Source: an uncultured Chthonomonadaceae bacterium (lineage in GTDB: Bacteria; Armatimonadota; Chthonomonadetes; Chthonomonadales; Chthonomonadaceae). From it: DNA of 64,000 nucleotides. Shown in pieces: positions 40,004-49,917 of this stretch. Each line of letters opens with the position of its first letter. The first letter of the stretch is position 1. The position numbers and the translations under genes were made by a program. The stretch lies in the NCBI GenBank assembly GCA_963835065.1, contig CAWIEK010000053.1:448001-512000 (forward strand), read 5' to 3'. The notes beneath the pieces are model-generated. The model worked only from the letters and a program-made list of their open reading frames with translations, did not search any database and was not told where the DNA came from.

Positions 40004-41464
40004 CTACGGGCTGAAGAGAGTCACCAGCCGGTCAAGCGCCGGGCCGCCGAACCCCATAAGGCTGTCAATCAGGGGGATGCCGGCGAACAGCGCGACAGTA
40101 TGGAGGAACGTCAGCGGTACCACGTCCTTCGATCTGGCCTGCGCCCATTGTGTCACATTGCTCTGCGTCTTCACCGAAGCAATCTTCCCGTGTTGTGTTT
40201 CCAACTGCTGTTTCACCCGGCTATGCGGATGATAGCCGTGCCATTTGTCTGACGGCAAATTGCTGAGAGCCACGATCTCTGCTTCCAGCACATTCACAGG
40301 CGTACCTTCCGTGATAGCATCCATTATCATTTGCAGTTTCTGCGCGGTATTTTCGAGTTGGATGTGGCTCACCACCATGTTGATCCACAGCCAGGGAAAG
40401 ACCGCCAGAAATATTACCAACAGCATGACTACCAGCACCAGTATCATCGTCAGCAATAAGTAGAACCGCCCGTAATACACCGCCAGAAAGAAGGTGATGG
40501 TTCCAAGACTGGTGATCAAATTTGTGGTATCAGTATGCAGTCGGCTCGATATGGCGCACAGCGCGTTCATCTGGTCATAGGTCAGGCACTCTGTTCCCTG
40601 CGGCGCTTCAGCCTCGGCCGTATCGCCTGGCGATTGTTGCTGCGCCGATGGTTTTCGCGCCGACAGTGTTTGCATCCATTGTGTTTGCGCCAATCGTTTT
40701 TGAGCAACGGTGTTTATGTGCCGGACAATGTTTGGGCAGGGAGTTTTTGTCTCGTAATTCAGAGTTTTGATGAAATTACGAGGGGAGTAGCGGCTGCTGA
40801 CGGCATAAATTACCTCAACGGCTAAAGCGGCAAAAATCAGCATGGGCGCGACCCATCCGCCGGTGTAAAGGACATAATTTATCGCATACCGATATTCGCC
40901 AAACAATTCGAGATAGAAGGCATAGCCAATATCCCCGATAATGAAGGCGGTCAGCAGAAATTTCATTCCCGCCCAGCCGCGCGTTAATTTTACCTCCGAA
41001 GGCTCCGGGGAAGCGCTCTTGTTTTCCGGCTGGCTTGCGTCCGATGCAATCTGCTCTGATAGACATTCCTCTGATAAAGTCTTACCCGCTGTCAAAGCAG
41101 CATCCTTGCCTGTACAGGGCGTAAACACTGCACCCTTCCAGTCATAAGGAAATTGTATATAGCGAATCCAGTAGGAAACAATCGCCGCCGTGACGATAAA
41201 ACTAGACTCGGCGCGGGGGCCATGTTCTCCATAAATCGCCATCCAGTAGTAGCCGTTTTGCGTATACGTCCATTGAACGCATAAATAACCGATTAAGGCA
41301 AGCACAAAGTAGAACAGTCCTGCCTGACCGGGGCTCCGATCAATTTCGGTCCACTCAGACCGACACCAATCACGCATGAAATACCATGCCGCCGACAGCC
41401 TGCCGGATTTTGGGGCGATTACAGGCGGTAATGGCTTCTTGTTCTGCGCGCTTGATTGTGTCAC
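40004..41464 (-). CDS. Hypothetical multi-pass membrane protein
   Basis: 486-aa ORF with several TM segments, AAGGA RBS. Confidence 0.65.
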   Translation of the reverse strand: MTQSSAQNKKPLPPVIAPKSGRLSAAWYFMRDWCRSEWTEIDRSPGQAGLFYFVLALIGYLCVQWTYTQNGYYWMAIYGEHGPRAESSFIVTAAIVSYWIRYIQFPYDWKGAVFTPCTGKDAALTAGKTLSEECLSEQIASDASQPENKSASPEPSEVKLTRGWAGMKFLLTAFIIGDIGYAFYLELFGEYRYAINYVLYTGGWVAPMLIFAALAVEVIYAVSSRYSPRNFIKTLNYETKTPCPNIVRHINTVAQKRLAQTQWMQTLSARKPSAQQQSPGDTAEAEAPQGTECLTYDQMNALCAISSRLHTDTTNLITSLGTITFFLAVYYGRFYLLLTMILVLVVMLLVIFLAVFPWLWINMVVSHIQLENTAQKLQMIMDAITEGTPVNVLEAEIVALSNLPSDKWHGYHPHSRVKQQLETQHGKIASVKTQSNVTQWAQARSKDVVPLTFLHTVALFAGIPLIDSLMGFGGPALDRLVTLFSP

Positions 41465-41597
41465 TGCGACGGTTCCTTTTTACATCAGACTGCTTTCATA
41501 GATTAGCGTGGACACCGCGAAGTTTTCTCGTTGAGCAGACCTATGAAAGAGGTTTATTCAACAGCGCTGTGCAGATTCCTGCGCGTTGTAAACTCGG

Positions 41598-44447
41598 CTA
41601 TTTTTCCATTCCAATGGCATCCACGCCGACCAGATAGCCGGAACCCGCCGCGTTTTTACCTGTTACGCGGAAGGTCACTTTATGCGTTCCCGCCGTCAAG
41701 TCCAGCGCGCCCAATTCTGCGCGGCCTTTGGCTTTTACTTCTGTCGAGTAGCAGTCAATGGGGCTGCCGATTTCCTTGCCGTCTACCAGCGTTTGCACGA
41801 TGCCGTAGTCTTTCGCGGTTGTGAGATAGACCACGAAATTCACTTTGCCGTCAGTGGCGACGGGCAGTTCCAGCGTGACCTGCGCCCCCGGCTTCTGGCC
41901 GTGAAACCATAATTGCGTATCGCCGCTCCAATTCGGGCCGAAGCCCTTCATGTCCTGCGTGTCCGTGTTGCCGTCTTTGGACTCGACCACCTTCAAGCCT
42001 TCCGCTTCCACCGCGTTGCGATAGCGTTGCTTGACAAGACGGAGGTAGTCTAAGGTCAGGGTTGGTTTCGGGCCTGTGCCGGTCAGTACGAGATTATGCT
42101 GGCCGGGTTTCATGTGCAGCAGGGTTGTAAAGCGTAATTTTTGTATGCCTTTCGCATCCGGGGGCAGGGCAGCCGTTTGCGGCGGCATGTCATCGCCCTG
42201 CAAGACCCACGCGCTTGTCGTGTCCGCCGCGTCTACCGCCAGTTCGACGGTATAATCCGCTTCCTGCGTCACCTGCACGGGCAGTACGAGTATCTCTTTG
42301 GGCATGACCGGCAGCCAGCGCAACGCGCCCCCGCCGCTGTATTCGGCATGGGCGTCTATCAAACTCGTGTCGGTTTTCTCGTGCCCGGTGAGTTTTTCCA
42401 GCAGCGACTCGCCCTCCACGACACCCGCTTCCTTGTGGCTAGGGTCTAAGCGCAGGTAATCCACATACGCCCGCCCGCCGTCCGGCATATCTAATGTCAA
42501 CTGGTGCGTACCCGGCTTCAAGCGTACAAACGTGGACAGTTCCGCCCGGCTGCCGCCCGAACCCGGAGGCATGGCCGGCAGGGCCAGGGTTTTGGCCGTG
42601 TTGCCGTCCACGCTGATGTTTACGGTACGCGCCGCGCCGGGCAGGTTTAAGGCGGCAAGGCGAACCGTGTAATTGTCATCGTTTTTCGCGCTGAATACGG
42701 CAGTGGGATGATCGCCGCTGACAACCGCCACTTTGCCGCCACTGGCTTCGAGCGGCAGCGTTTCGTCCGACATCGTATGGACGCTGCCGCCCGTCCACGT
42801 CAGATTTTCCGCTTCCTGCGCGTTTTCCGCCATGATGGGCGTGGGCGTCAACTGCTTTACATCAATGGGCGACCAGTCGTGCATCGCGCCTTCCTGATAC
42901 CAGTACGCCACGCAACTGTACACGGCTCCGGGATAATCGTTCGTGCCGCCGTGTTCGATGTCTATCTTGAAATCATGCCGGAATGGGACGCAATCCTGTA
43001 TCTGGAAACGGTACGCGGAGACGCGCGAAATGTTGTCTTCCTTGATGGTCGCGCCGTGATACGCGAGGTTAAATGGCCCTTGATCGAAGTACCAGCCGCC
43101 CGTATAAAAGTCTTCCGTGCCGGTTCCGTAAATGGACGGGAACGTTTCGCCGTCTACATAGACCTTTTCGTCGCCTTCCAGAAACCCGATGCCGCGGTCC
43201 CCCTGCATATCGGTATGTTCCCCGACGTAATGCCCGCGCCCTTTTACATCCAGAATGTGGAAATACTCGCCCGCAACGGTTGTTTGCCGATGCCACTGCG
43301 CATGGAAGTATCCGGCGTTCGCAAGCGGCTTGTCTAGTTTTTGCGACTCGATGCGATAGGAAACCAGACTCAAATCCGTCTTGCCGGTATTGACGAGTTC
43401 AAACCGGGCCGAACGCGCAAACGGCATCGGCCAGTAGCAGGAGTAGCCCGAATCGCGCATCGCTGTGGGCAGCGAAACCATGCGCTTATCTCCAAACCCC
43501 ACGCCAAAGAAATCCCCAACGGGCGATTCAATGGCAGGCTTCGCAGCGCCATCCCAATACACGCGCAACAGGGTTTGCCGCAGGCTTTGACGGTCGGCGG
43601 GAACAACAGCCAGATGCAGTCCCGTCACTTCGCCCGCGCCGCTCAGGGTTGCGAACGTTTTCGATTGCCCCGCTTCCAATCGGGTAATTCCTGACGCCGT
43701 ACGCGTTTTGGCTTTTACATCCTGATAATTGGTCAGTTGCGCCGTATAAGGATTCTGCCCCAAACTTCTCCACTGCGCAAGGACGACTTGCAGCGCGTCC
43801 TTGTCTTCGCTCGTCAGTTCGCGGGTGAAGGTGCGGATGGGAGTGGCATCGGGAAAGCGCTGATACTGCACGTGGTAGTACAAGCCGCCCGGATCGGTCA
43901 CTTCGATACGGCAACTCTTTTGGAACGGCATCGGGAAGAAGCAGTACCAGCCGCCGCTTCTATGGCCCACAATCGGTTCCACGAACGGCGCGACCTTGCC
44001 GACAAACAAATCCTGCATCGGGCAGTCAATGCGGGGCGCATCCTCGCCGTCAAAGAAGATTTTCAAATGCCCGGCGGCATTAGCGGACCAGAAGCGGTAA
44101 ATGCACCCCGGTCCCTTAATGTCCGCCAGAATCGCTTTGTTGCCTTCCTTCTTGAAGTAGTGGTCGGCATCGCCATTGCCGCCGCTCGGATCGTAACTCG
44201 AATCCTGGAAACAGCGCGTATCGCGCAGCATCGGAAGCAGATCGAACCGCGCCATGAGGGGCAAGCCATACGGCAGCGCAGCCGTGTTCGGAACCGTCGT
44301 CACGGGATTGAGCGAGTACGTAGAGCCGGGGCCGGGAATGGCTTTCACATCTTCTTTTTTGCCCTGCTGCGCGCGGGCCATCCCTAACGCGCCCACCGCA
44401 GCAACCAAACCAACGAACAAGCGTAAATAGAATTTCACCATGAGCAT
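41598..44447 (-). CDS. Secreted DUF2961/GH172 glycoside hydrolase with C-terminal CBM-like domains
   Basis: GPGCIYRFW, PVGDFFG, WPMPF, LEGDE, GTGTEDFY, EHG motifs; repeated EAE/DYLRL beta-sandwich units. Confidence 0.85.
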   Translation of the reverse strand: MLMVKFYLRLFVGLVAAVGALGMARAQQGKKEDVKAIPGPGSTYSLNPVTTVPNTAALPYGLPLMARFDLLPMLRDTRCFQDSSYDPSGGNGDADHYFKKEGNKAILADIKGPGCIYRFWSANAAGHLKIFFDGEDAPRIDCPMQDLFVGKVAPFVEPIVGHRSGGWYCFFPMPFQKSCRIEVTDPGGLYYHVQYQRFPDATPIRTFTRELTSEDKDALQVVLAQWRSLGQNPYTAQLTNYQDVKAKTRTASGITRLEAGQSKTFATLSGAGEVTGLHLAVVPADRQSLRQTLLRVYWDGAAKPAIESPVGDFFGVGFGDKRMVSLPTAMRDSGYSCYWPMPFARSARFELVNTGKTDLSLVSYRIESQKLDKPLANAGYFHAQWHRQTTVAGEYFHILDVKGRGHYVGEHTDMQGDRGIGFLEGDEKVYVDGETFPSIYGTGTEDFYTGGWYFDQGPFNLAYHGATIKEDNISRVSAYRFQIQDCVPFRHDFKIDIEHGGTNDYPGAVYSCVAYWYQEGAMHDWSPIDVKQLTPTPIMAENAQEAENLTWTGGSVHTMSDETLPLEASGGKVAVVSGDHPTAVFSAKNDDNYTVRLAALNLPGAARTVNISVDGNTAKTLALPAMPPGSGGSRAELSTFVRLKPGTHQLTLDMPDGGRAYVDYLRLDPSHKEAGVVEGESLLEKLTGHEKTDTSLIDAHAEYSGGGALRWLPVMPKEILVLPVQVTQEADYTVELAVDAADTTSAWVLQGDDMPPQTAALPPDAKGIQKLRFTTLLHMKPGQHNLVLTGTGPKPTLTLDYLRLVKQRYRNAVEAEGLKVVESKDGNTDTQDMKGFGPNWSGDTQLWFHGQKPGAQVTLELPVATDGKVNFVVYLTTAKDYGIVQTLVDGKEIGSPIDCYSTEVKAKGRAELGALDLTAGTHKVTFRVTGKNAAGSGYLVGVDAIGMEK

Positions 44448-44537
44448 AAAATATTTTCCCTGCAATATATTTGATTTTATTTGCGTGTATTCGCGTGTAT
44501 TTGCGGCTAAATAGAAACGGTTTGTCTTCACCTGCGG

Positions 44538-45278
44538 CTAATCTTCGGGCAACGCCGCCGCAATTTCCGCATTGATGCGCTGCGCGGCTTCAACCGGGTC
44601 TGGCGCGGCGACAATGGGCCGTCCGACGACAAGGAAATTCGCGCCGCGCCGAATGGCTTCTCCCGGCGTCATTACCCGCGCCTGATCGCCAACCGCCGCG
44701 CCAGCCGGACGCACACCCGGCGTAACAATCAGAAAGTCAGGGTCGAGAATGGCGCTGCGGATGGTTTCGATCTCCTGCGGCGCGGCAATCACGCCGTCAC
44801 AGCCCGCCGTATAGGCCATATTCGCCAGATGCGCGACGTGTTCGGGCAGGGACGCGCCAACCTCAAGTTCGCACCTCAAGACACGTTCGCTGATGCTCGT
44901 CAGCACGGTCACGGCTAAAACTTTGGGTGGCGGCAGATGGTTTTGCTCCGCCTGCGCGCGTACTGTTTCCACCGCCGCGCGCAGCATAGCCGCTCCCCCG
45001 CCCGCATGTACCGTGACGCTCCACAGGTTCATGCCGCCGATACTGCGCATCGCGCCCGCAACTGTGTTGGGAATATCATGCAGTTTGGCGTCATAAAAGA
45101 AGCGTTCCGCGCCCGCTTCGCGCAGAATGTCGAAAATGCCCACGCCCGCCGCGTTGATCAGTTCCAGTCCCACCTTGAACACGCCCACATATTCTTTCAG
45201 TAGCGTGACCAGTTGCACGGCTTTCTCCGTGTTATCTACATCCAGCGCTACGATGATCCGATTGTTTGTCGTCGTCAT
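44538..45278 (-). CDS. pyrF: Orotidine-5'-phosphate decarboxylase
   Basis: IVALD, KVGLEL, DAKLHDIPNTV, VTPGVRP, VVGRPI. Confidence 0.98.
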   Translation of the reverse strand: MTTTNNRIIVALDVDNTEKAVQLVTLLKEYVGVFKVGLELINAAGVGIFDILREAGAERFFYDAKLHDIPNTVAGAMRSIGGMNLWSVTVHAGGGAAMLRAAVETVRAQAEQNHLPPPKVLAVTVLTSISERVLRCELEVGASLPEHVAHLANMAYTAGCDGVIAAPQEIETIRSAILDPDFLIVTPGVRPAGAAVGDQARVMTPGEAIRRGANFLVVGRPIVAAPDPVEAAQRINAEIAAALPED

Positions 45279-45308
45279 GCTTCACCTGTTCTCCCGTTGT
45301 ACAACCGT

Positions 45309-46043
45309 TTACGCCAATCTTACCCGAATTTCATTGATCAAACGCGCAACATTGGGATGGTTCCTTGTCTTCACGCAGTTTTCAATCAGCGCGACTCTGC
45401 TATGCGTTGCCGGTCTGCCGGAAGCAGATACAAAGCGCAGCAGCATTTCAAACAACTGCTTCCCTCGTATGTTCCTCTGATAATTGCTCATGACTTCATT
45501 GAGCGTGGCAGCAGCGGGAGGGCGATACCCTCGTTTTGTGACAAACGACGGGTGAATACCTGTTCCAAGTCGCACTATGTCACCAATTTTTATATCTACC
45601 ATGAAGAGGCGGCCTGCCCTGTACTCTTCCACTTCAAAAGCGAACCATTGACTTATCGCTTCCACAAGCAGACGATGCTCATTGGCTTCGTTCCCGTCTA
45701 ATAAACGTTCAATATCGGAATGTGAGTAAATGTCGTTCTCGATGCTGTAACCTTCGGTAAAGAGAACATCCGCGTACTCAGCCGGAACAGCCGAGTATAG
45801 CCACATATCTCTGTCCGCAACAAAAACAACCTTTTTGCCCGCGAATTCAGAGCGGCGTAGGAAAACTTCCAGAAGCGCATTGCGTCCGCCACAAAGCAAA
45901 AAGTCAGCCTGCGCCCACCCCAATAATCCCTGCATCCATCGGTAAATCACCGCATCATCAGAGCCTTCTACAAGAACGGTAGGGAGTGAGGATCGCTTGA
46001 TTAGTTGAACAAGTTCATCAACCGTAGGAACCGGCAGCGGCAT
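45309..46043 (-). CDS. DUF4435/TOPRIM-like nuclease (PARIS AriB-like)
   Basis: VLVEGSDD, CGGR, VADRD, YSIEN motifs; follows an ABC ATPase. Confidence 0.75.
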   Translation of the reverse strand: MPLPVPTVDELVQLIKRSSLPTVLVEGSDDAVIYRWMQGLLGWAQADFLLCGGRNALLEVFLRRSEFAGKKVVFVADRDMWLYSAVPAEYADVLFTEGYSIENDIYSHSDIERLLDGNEANEHRLLVEAISQWFAFEVEEYRAGRLFMVDIKIGDIVRLGTGIHPSFVTKRGYRPPAAATLNEVMSNYQRNIRGKQLFEMLLRFVSASGRPATHSRVALIENCVKTRNHPNVARLINEIRVRLA

Positions 46044-46049
46044 CGCAAT

Positions 46050-47189
46050 CTACTCTCCACGATCCGGGTTCAGCGCGATCTCTTTATCCGTGTATTTGGA
46101 ATAGATGAACGGAGAGTGTGTCGCAATGATGAACTGATTGTTCGTGCCCTGCGACTCCAGCACGGAAAACAAAATGCGCTGCCAATCCACATGCAGGCTA
46201 ATCTCCGGCTCATCTATGAAAAACGTCTGGTTCTTCATAAATGCGTTGTACACGACAAAACCAAGCATCTGCTTTTCTCCGGCAGATAAAAATTCGGATG
46301 ATATGGCGTCTTTGATCTCTCCAAAATTTATTCCGGGAGCGATATTGATGCCTTTATGTTGAAACAGTTGGCTGATCAACTCTGTCAGCGCAGTCAGGGG
46401 CTGAAGTAAATGTGACTGATGGCTCGTGTTATCAGAGACAAGTTTCTGAATTTGATTTAATGTTTCCGTCAGTTGGTCGGATGTGGCAGAGTCCTTACGC
46501 GCACCTTCAAGGGGGGTGTATTGACTTAGCGCTGATGTAATTTTTTGTGAAAGAACAAAGTTCTCCTGATTGACACGTTCCAAGGTTTCCGTATAAAAGT
46601 CTGTCAAAATACCAATGACGTCCTGTGTTGACAGGGAGGCGATAAATCGGTGGCCGGCGGCGCTAAGAAATTCCGATAACTCGCGCATTGCCTCTTCAAC
46701 TTTCGTAACCGTTGCGCTATAGGCAGAATCATGGCCGAACGGTTTTTCCGGCCTGCTCATCGCAAACCCGCCCTCAATGCGTCTGAAAGTCGGAAAGAAC
46801 AGGGAGGCTCCGGGCGCTTCCACCAATCTCCTTTTCAGTTCGTACATTGAAACTTCAGCAGGAAGTCCATCGAGCAGCGCTTTGAAATTCGGATACTGCT
46901 CCGAGTTACCTTCACTGTCTATAAATTTCCACGTCGCTGTTCCTTCCTCCCGTTTTGATCTGTTCACCAAAACGGATAAGATGTAGGCGTCCGTTTCCAC
47001 AGTGGCAGCGTCAAAGGTAATTTCAGACATGACGCGATCAAGATTGCCGCTGATCATGTACCAGGCAAGTTTTAGAAGCGTAGTTTTGCCGCAGCCGTTT
47101 CTGCCCGTAAGGACGTTCATATCCGGGTGGAAGCACAAATCAAAGTCTGTGTGTCCATGCAGTTTTTTAACGGTCAGCCGCTTGATCAT
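46050..47189 (-). CDS. ABC-type AAA_15/AAA_21 ATPase (PARIS AriA-like)
   Basis: GRNGCGKT, LSAGEKQ, IDEPEISLH, ATHSP. Confidence 0.85.
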   Translation of the reverse strand: MIKRLTVKKLHGHTDFDLCFHPDMNVLTGRNGCGKTTLLKLAWYMISGNLDRVMSEITFDAATVETDAYILSVLVNRSKREEGTATWKFIDSEGNSEQYPNFKALLDGLPAEVSMYELKRRLVEAPGASLFFPTFRRIEGGFAMSRPEKPFGHDSAYSATVTKVEEAMRELSEFLSAAGHRFIASLSTQDVIGILTDFYTETLERVNQENFVLSQKITSALSQYTPLEGARKDSATSDQLTETLNQIQKLVSDNTSHQSHLLQPLTALTELISQLFQHKGINIAPGINFGEIKDAISSEFLSAGEKQMLGFVVYNAFMKNQTFFIDEPEISLHVDWQRILFSVLESQGTNNQFIIATHSPFIYSKYTDKEIALNPDRGE

Positions 47190-47279
47190 CTTGTCTCGTT
47201 CCTGCTTTGTGGGTACAAGTTAGCCACAAATCTGAAGACGCCTTTTGTGGGCATGAAGTTGCGCGGGGCAGACACGCGC

Positions 47280-48098
47280 TTACGCCTTCACCCAAAACTG
47301 ATCCCATGCCTGCCAGAAGGTTTCGCCACGCGATATGACAAGGCGCGGGTTGACCACTTCGACGCCGGGTTTGCCCTGCCATTCCGAGGCGCGATCCGGC
47401 GTCGCTAATTCGACGGTGAACGCGACGGGGCCGGGGAATTTGAGCGGTTTGGGCCAGTTGCGCATCGTCAGTGCGCTGTACACGCGGCCTTCGATGAGGT
47501 TGCAGGCGTCGCCGGCGGGCTTATGGCGCGCGCTGAAACGCCCCAACCCGGTTTTTACGGATGCGGTCACGACTTGTGGGCCGAGCAGGGCTTGCACTTC
47601 TCGGCATGTTGCGGCATCCCCGGAAACAAAGACGCATGGGCAGTCGAAATCGCCGCAAATCGCCGCCACAATGCCCGATTCGCCAACCAGCGTATCATTA
47701 ATTTTCGCGTTGTACCAGGCTTGCGAGGAAACGGTGTGGCACAAAATGCCGTCGGGCGTCCCGGCCATCGCGTGCGCCCCGACAAATAAGGCCGCGTCAC
47801 AGCCCGCCTGCAACGGCTCTATATACCGCGCCCAGGCGTAGCCCAACACGTACTCCGCGCCCGATTCGAGCAGTTCCGGGATCAGGCTTTTGAAACTCCA
47901 CGCCCCGCCCGCGCCGTGCCCGTCCACAACAACGATTTCCGTTGCGCCCGCCCGCTTGCAGCCCCGTACCGCCGCGTTAATTTCCTGCGTGTACAGGCGG
48001 CGGCCTTCCTCATACAACGCGGCCCCGCCGTTGACCTGTTCCCACACGGAAATGCCGGCAACGCCTTCCATATCGCACCAAAGTTGAACGCGCATCAC
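47280..48098 (-). CDS. M55-family D-aminopeptidase (DppA-like)
   Basis: DMEGVAG, DGHG, GAHAMAG, LCHT, VSGD motifs. Confidence 0.9.
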   Translation of the reverse strand: MMRVQLWCDMEGVAGISVWEQVNGGAALYEEGRRLYTQEINAAVRGCKRAGATEIVVVDGHGAGGAWSFKSLIPELLESGAEYVLGYAWARYIEPLQAGCDAALFVGAHAMAGTPDGILCHTVSSQAWYNAKINDTLVGESGIVAAICGDFDCPCVFVSGDAATCREVQALLGPQVVTASVKTGLGRFSARHKPAGDACNLIEGRVYSALTMRNWPKPLKFPGPVAFTVELATPDRASEWQGKPGVEVVNPRLVISRGETFWQAWDQFWVKA

Positions 48099-48358
48099 AG
48101 TCCCCTTTTCTTGTATGCCTCTTTATTCGCCACCGTCACCGGGTTTCCCTTCTTCACCTTTCCAACTCACCATTCCAATGTTCTCACGCAAACCCAAAGC
48201 GAACGCGGGCAGCCCAAATTAAGGCTGCCCGCGCTATTCACACACGTTTGATTATTTTCATTGACGATGCAGAAAAGAATGAACTTGTTGAGGCATGTGT
48301 ACCTTGTGCCCATATACGCAGGCGCATCCAAATACCCTCAACTCTCAACCCTCAACCC

Positions 48359-48562
48359 TCAACTCCCATCATAGATATGGCTGGGCGTTTCCTCGCTCTC
48401 CTCGGTCTGCCAGTTGTCGCAGTCCAGGCGCTTGCAATGCAGCATACGGCGGCTATTGCCACTCGCCATTTCGACCGTCGCAATGGCGGCGTGGCGGCAG
48501 GAAAGACACAGGGACGGTTCCAGCAGGCGGACGATGCGCAGTTTGGTATCTTCGTTTTTCAT
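48359..48562 (-). CDS. Small Cys-rich hypothetical protein
   Basis: 67 aa, CLSC and CKRLDCDNW, possible zinc binder. Confidence 0.55.
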   Translation of the reverse strand: MKNEDTKLRIVRLLEPSLCLSCRHAAIATVEMASGNSRRMLHCKRLDCDNWQTEESEETPSHIYDGS

Positions 48563-48943
48563 GGTTATAAACCCCGATAAGGTGGATGATCCTGTTTATG
48601 TTGTTGATAGCAATCAGCATCGCGCGGATAGTTTGCAAACCGCCCTGCGCCGCCCGCAATTTTGGAAAAACCGCTTCTTCGCGCCCTGCATCCCGCATCC
48701 GCCAATCGCTCGGTTTGTTCGCTTTGAAACAGACCGCAAAATGTCGCCGTCTGTGCAGAACGTGTGCATTATCGGCGCAATCGGCCCGGTTCCTGAGAGG
48801 GTATGGAGAGTACGGCGCGTTGTTGGGCATAGGATGAATCAACGGTCAGGAATGTTCCCAGGATTATACTGAAAATGATACGAGGTTTGGGTGTTGAGTG
48901 TTCGGTATTTGGTATTTGGAATGGAATAGTCCAATAAATTTGC

Positions 48944-49678
48944 CTACAACCGGGGAACGGTGGGAGGGCCTTCCATAAGCGGATTGTTTTTGAGTTTTTG
49001 CTGCGCGGCCTCGTACTGTTCGCGGCTGATGGTGTCGCCGTTGCGCAGGTGGACGGTTCCGTCGGAACCTGTACCAGGCGGCAATCCCAAACGCGGAATA
49101 GCGCGTTGTATGGCGCGGCGCGCGGCAGCCTCGTTCGGGTCGCCCGTGAGCGGAATTTCGTCGCGCCCCGGTTCGGCAAGGCGGATGCCATTCGGCAAAA
49201 CGCCGGATGTTCCCGCAGCGGACATACCCGGCGGCAGTTGGAATCCGGGCGCGTTTGCGGCGGGCGCGGCGCGATGAAACGTAAACCACACCACAACGCC
49301 CGCCGTCAGCAGCGCGCCGGACAGTATCAGCGGCTTCTTACTGCCACGCCGGGGCGCGGCAACAGCGTCCGGCACAGAATTGACTGCTCCAGGCGTTTGC
49401 CAGTTCCCCTGCGAATTGCCCGGTTGAGCGTTCATTGCCTGCGGATTGACCCACTGCGGATGTACCGCCTGCGGATTCATCCCCGGTGACTTCGTTATCG
49501 GCGGAACTATCGGCGGCGCTGCGCCCGCCTGCTGCGCCCACCCCGCCACCGTTGGCGTATTCATGGCTTCGGGCGGCGGCAGCGACGCCTTGCACTGCCA
49601 GCATTGCGCCTGCCCGACGAAATTATTGGCGCGGCAGCGTGGACACGCCAGCCGCTGCGGGCTGTTATCTGACCTCAT
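48944..49678 (-). CDS. Zinc-ribbon membrane protein, hypothetical
   Basis: CPRC...CWQC, Pro/Gln linker, one TM; GGAGG RBS. Confidence 0.7.
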   Translation of the reverse strand: MRSDNSPQRLACPRCRANNFVGQAQCWQCKASLPPPEAMNTPTVAGWAQQAGAAPPIVPPITKSPGMNPQAVHPQWVNPQAMNAQPGNSQGNWQTPGAVNSVPDAVAAPRRGSKKPLILSGALLTAGVVVWFTFHRAAPAANAPGFQLPPGMSAAGTSGVLPNGIRLAEPGRDEIPLTGDPNEAAARRAIQRAIPRLGLPPGTGSDGTVHLRNGDTISREQYEAAQQKLKNNPLMEGPPTVPRL

Positions 49679-49711
49679 GCCTGCCTCCAAAAGAACAAAG
49701 CAGAGTTAGGG

Positions 49712-49902
49712 AACCGCGAAACACACGAAATAAACGAAAAAGACCCAAAAGAAGACAGAAGACAAAAGACAGAAGAACATGGATGTATGAGTTTATCACC
49801 GCACAGTAAGCGGAATAATTTTGCGCATAATCCTGTTAATCCTCAAAATCCTGTCTATTTTCCTTTCGCTTTTCGTTTCGTTTAGTTCGTGTGTTTCGCG
49901 GT
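49712..49902. repeat. Palindromic intergenic repeat with 9-nt periodic arms
   Basis: AACCGCGAAACACACGAAATAAACGAAA ... TTTCGTTTAGTTCGTGTGTTTCGCGGTT. Confidence 0.75.
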
Positions 49903-49917
49903 TCCCAACTCTGTTTC

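Noticed and set aside
48570..48870. Possible ORFs or ncRNA upstream of the small Cys-rich gene
   Set aside because: No recognisable protein motif, RBS or RNA family structure.
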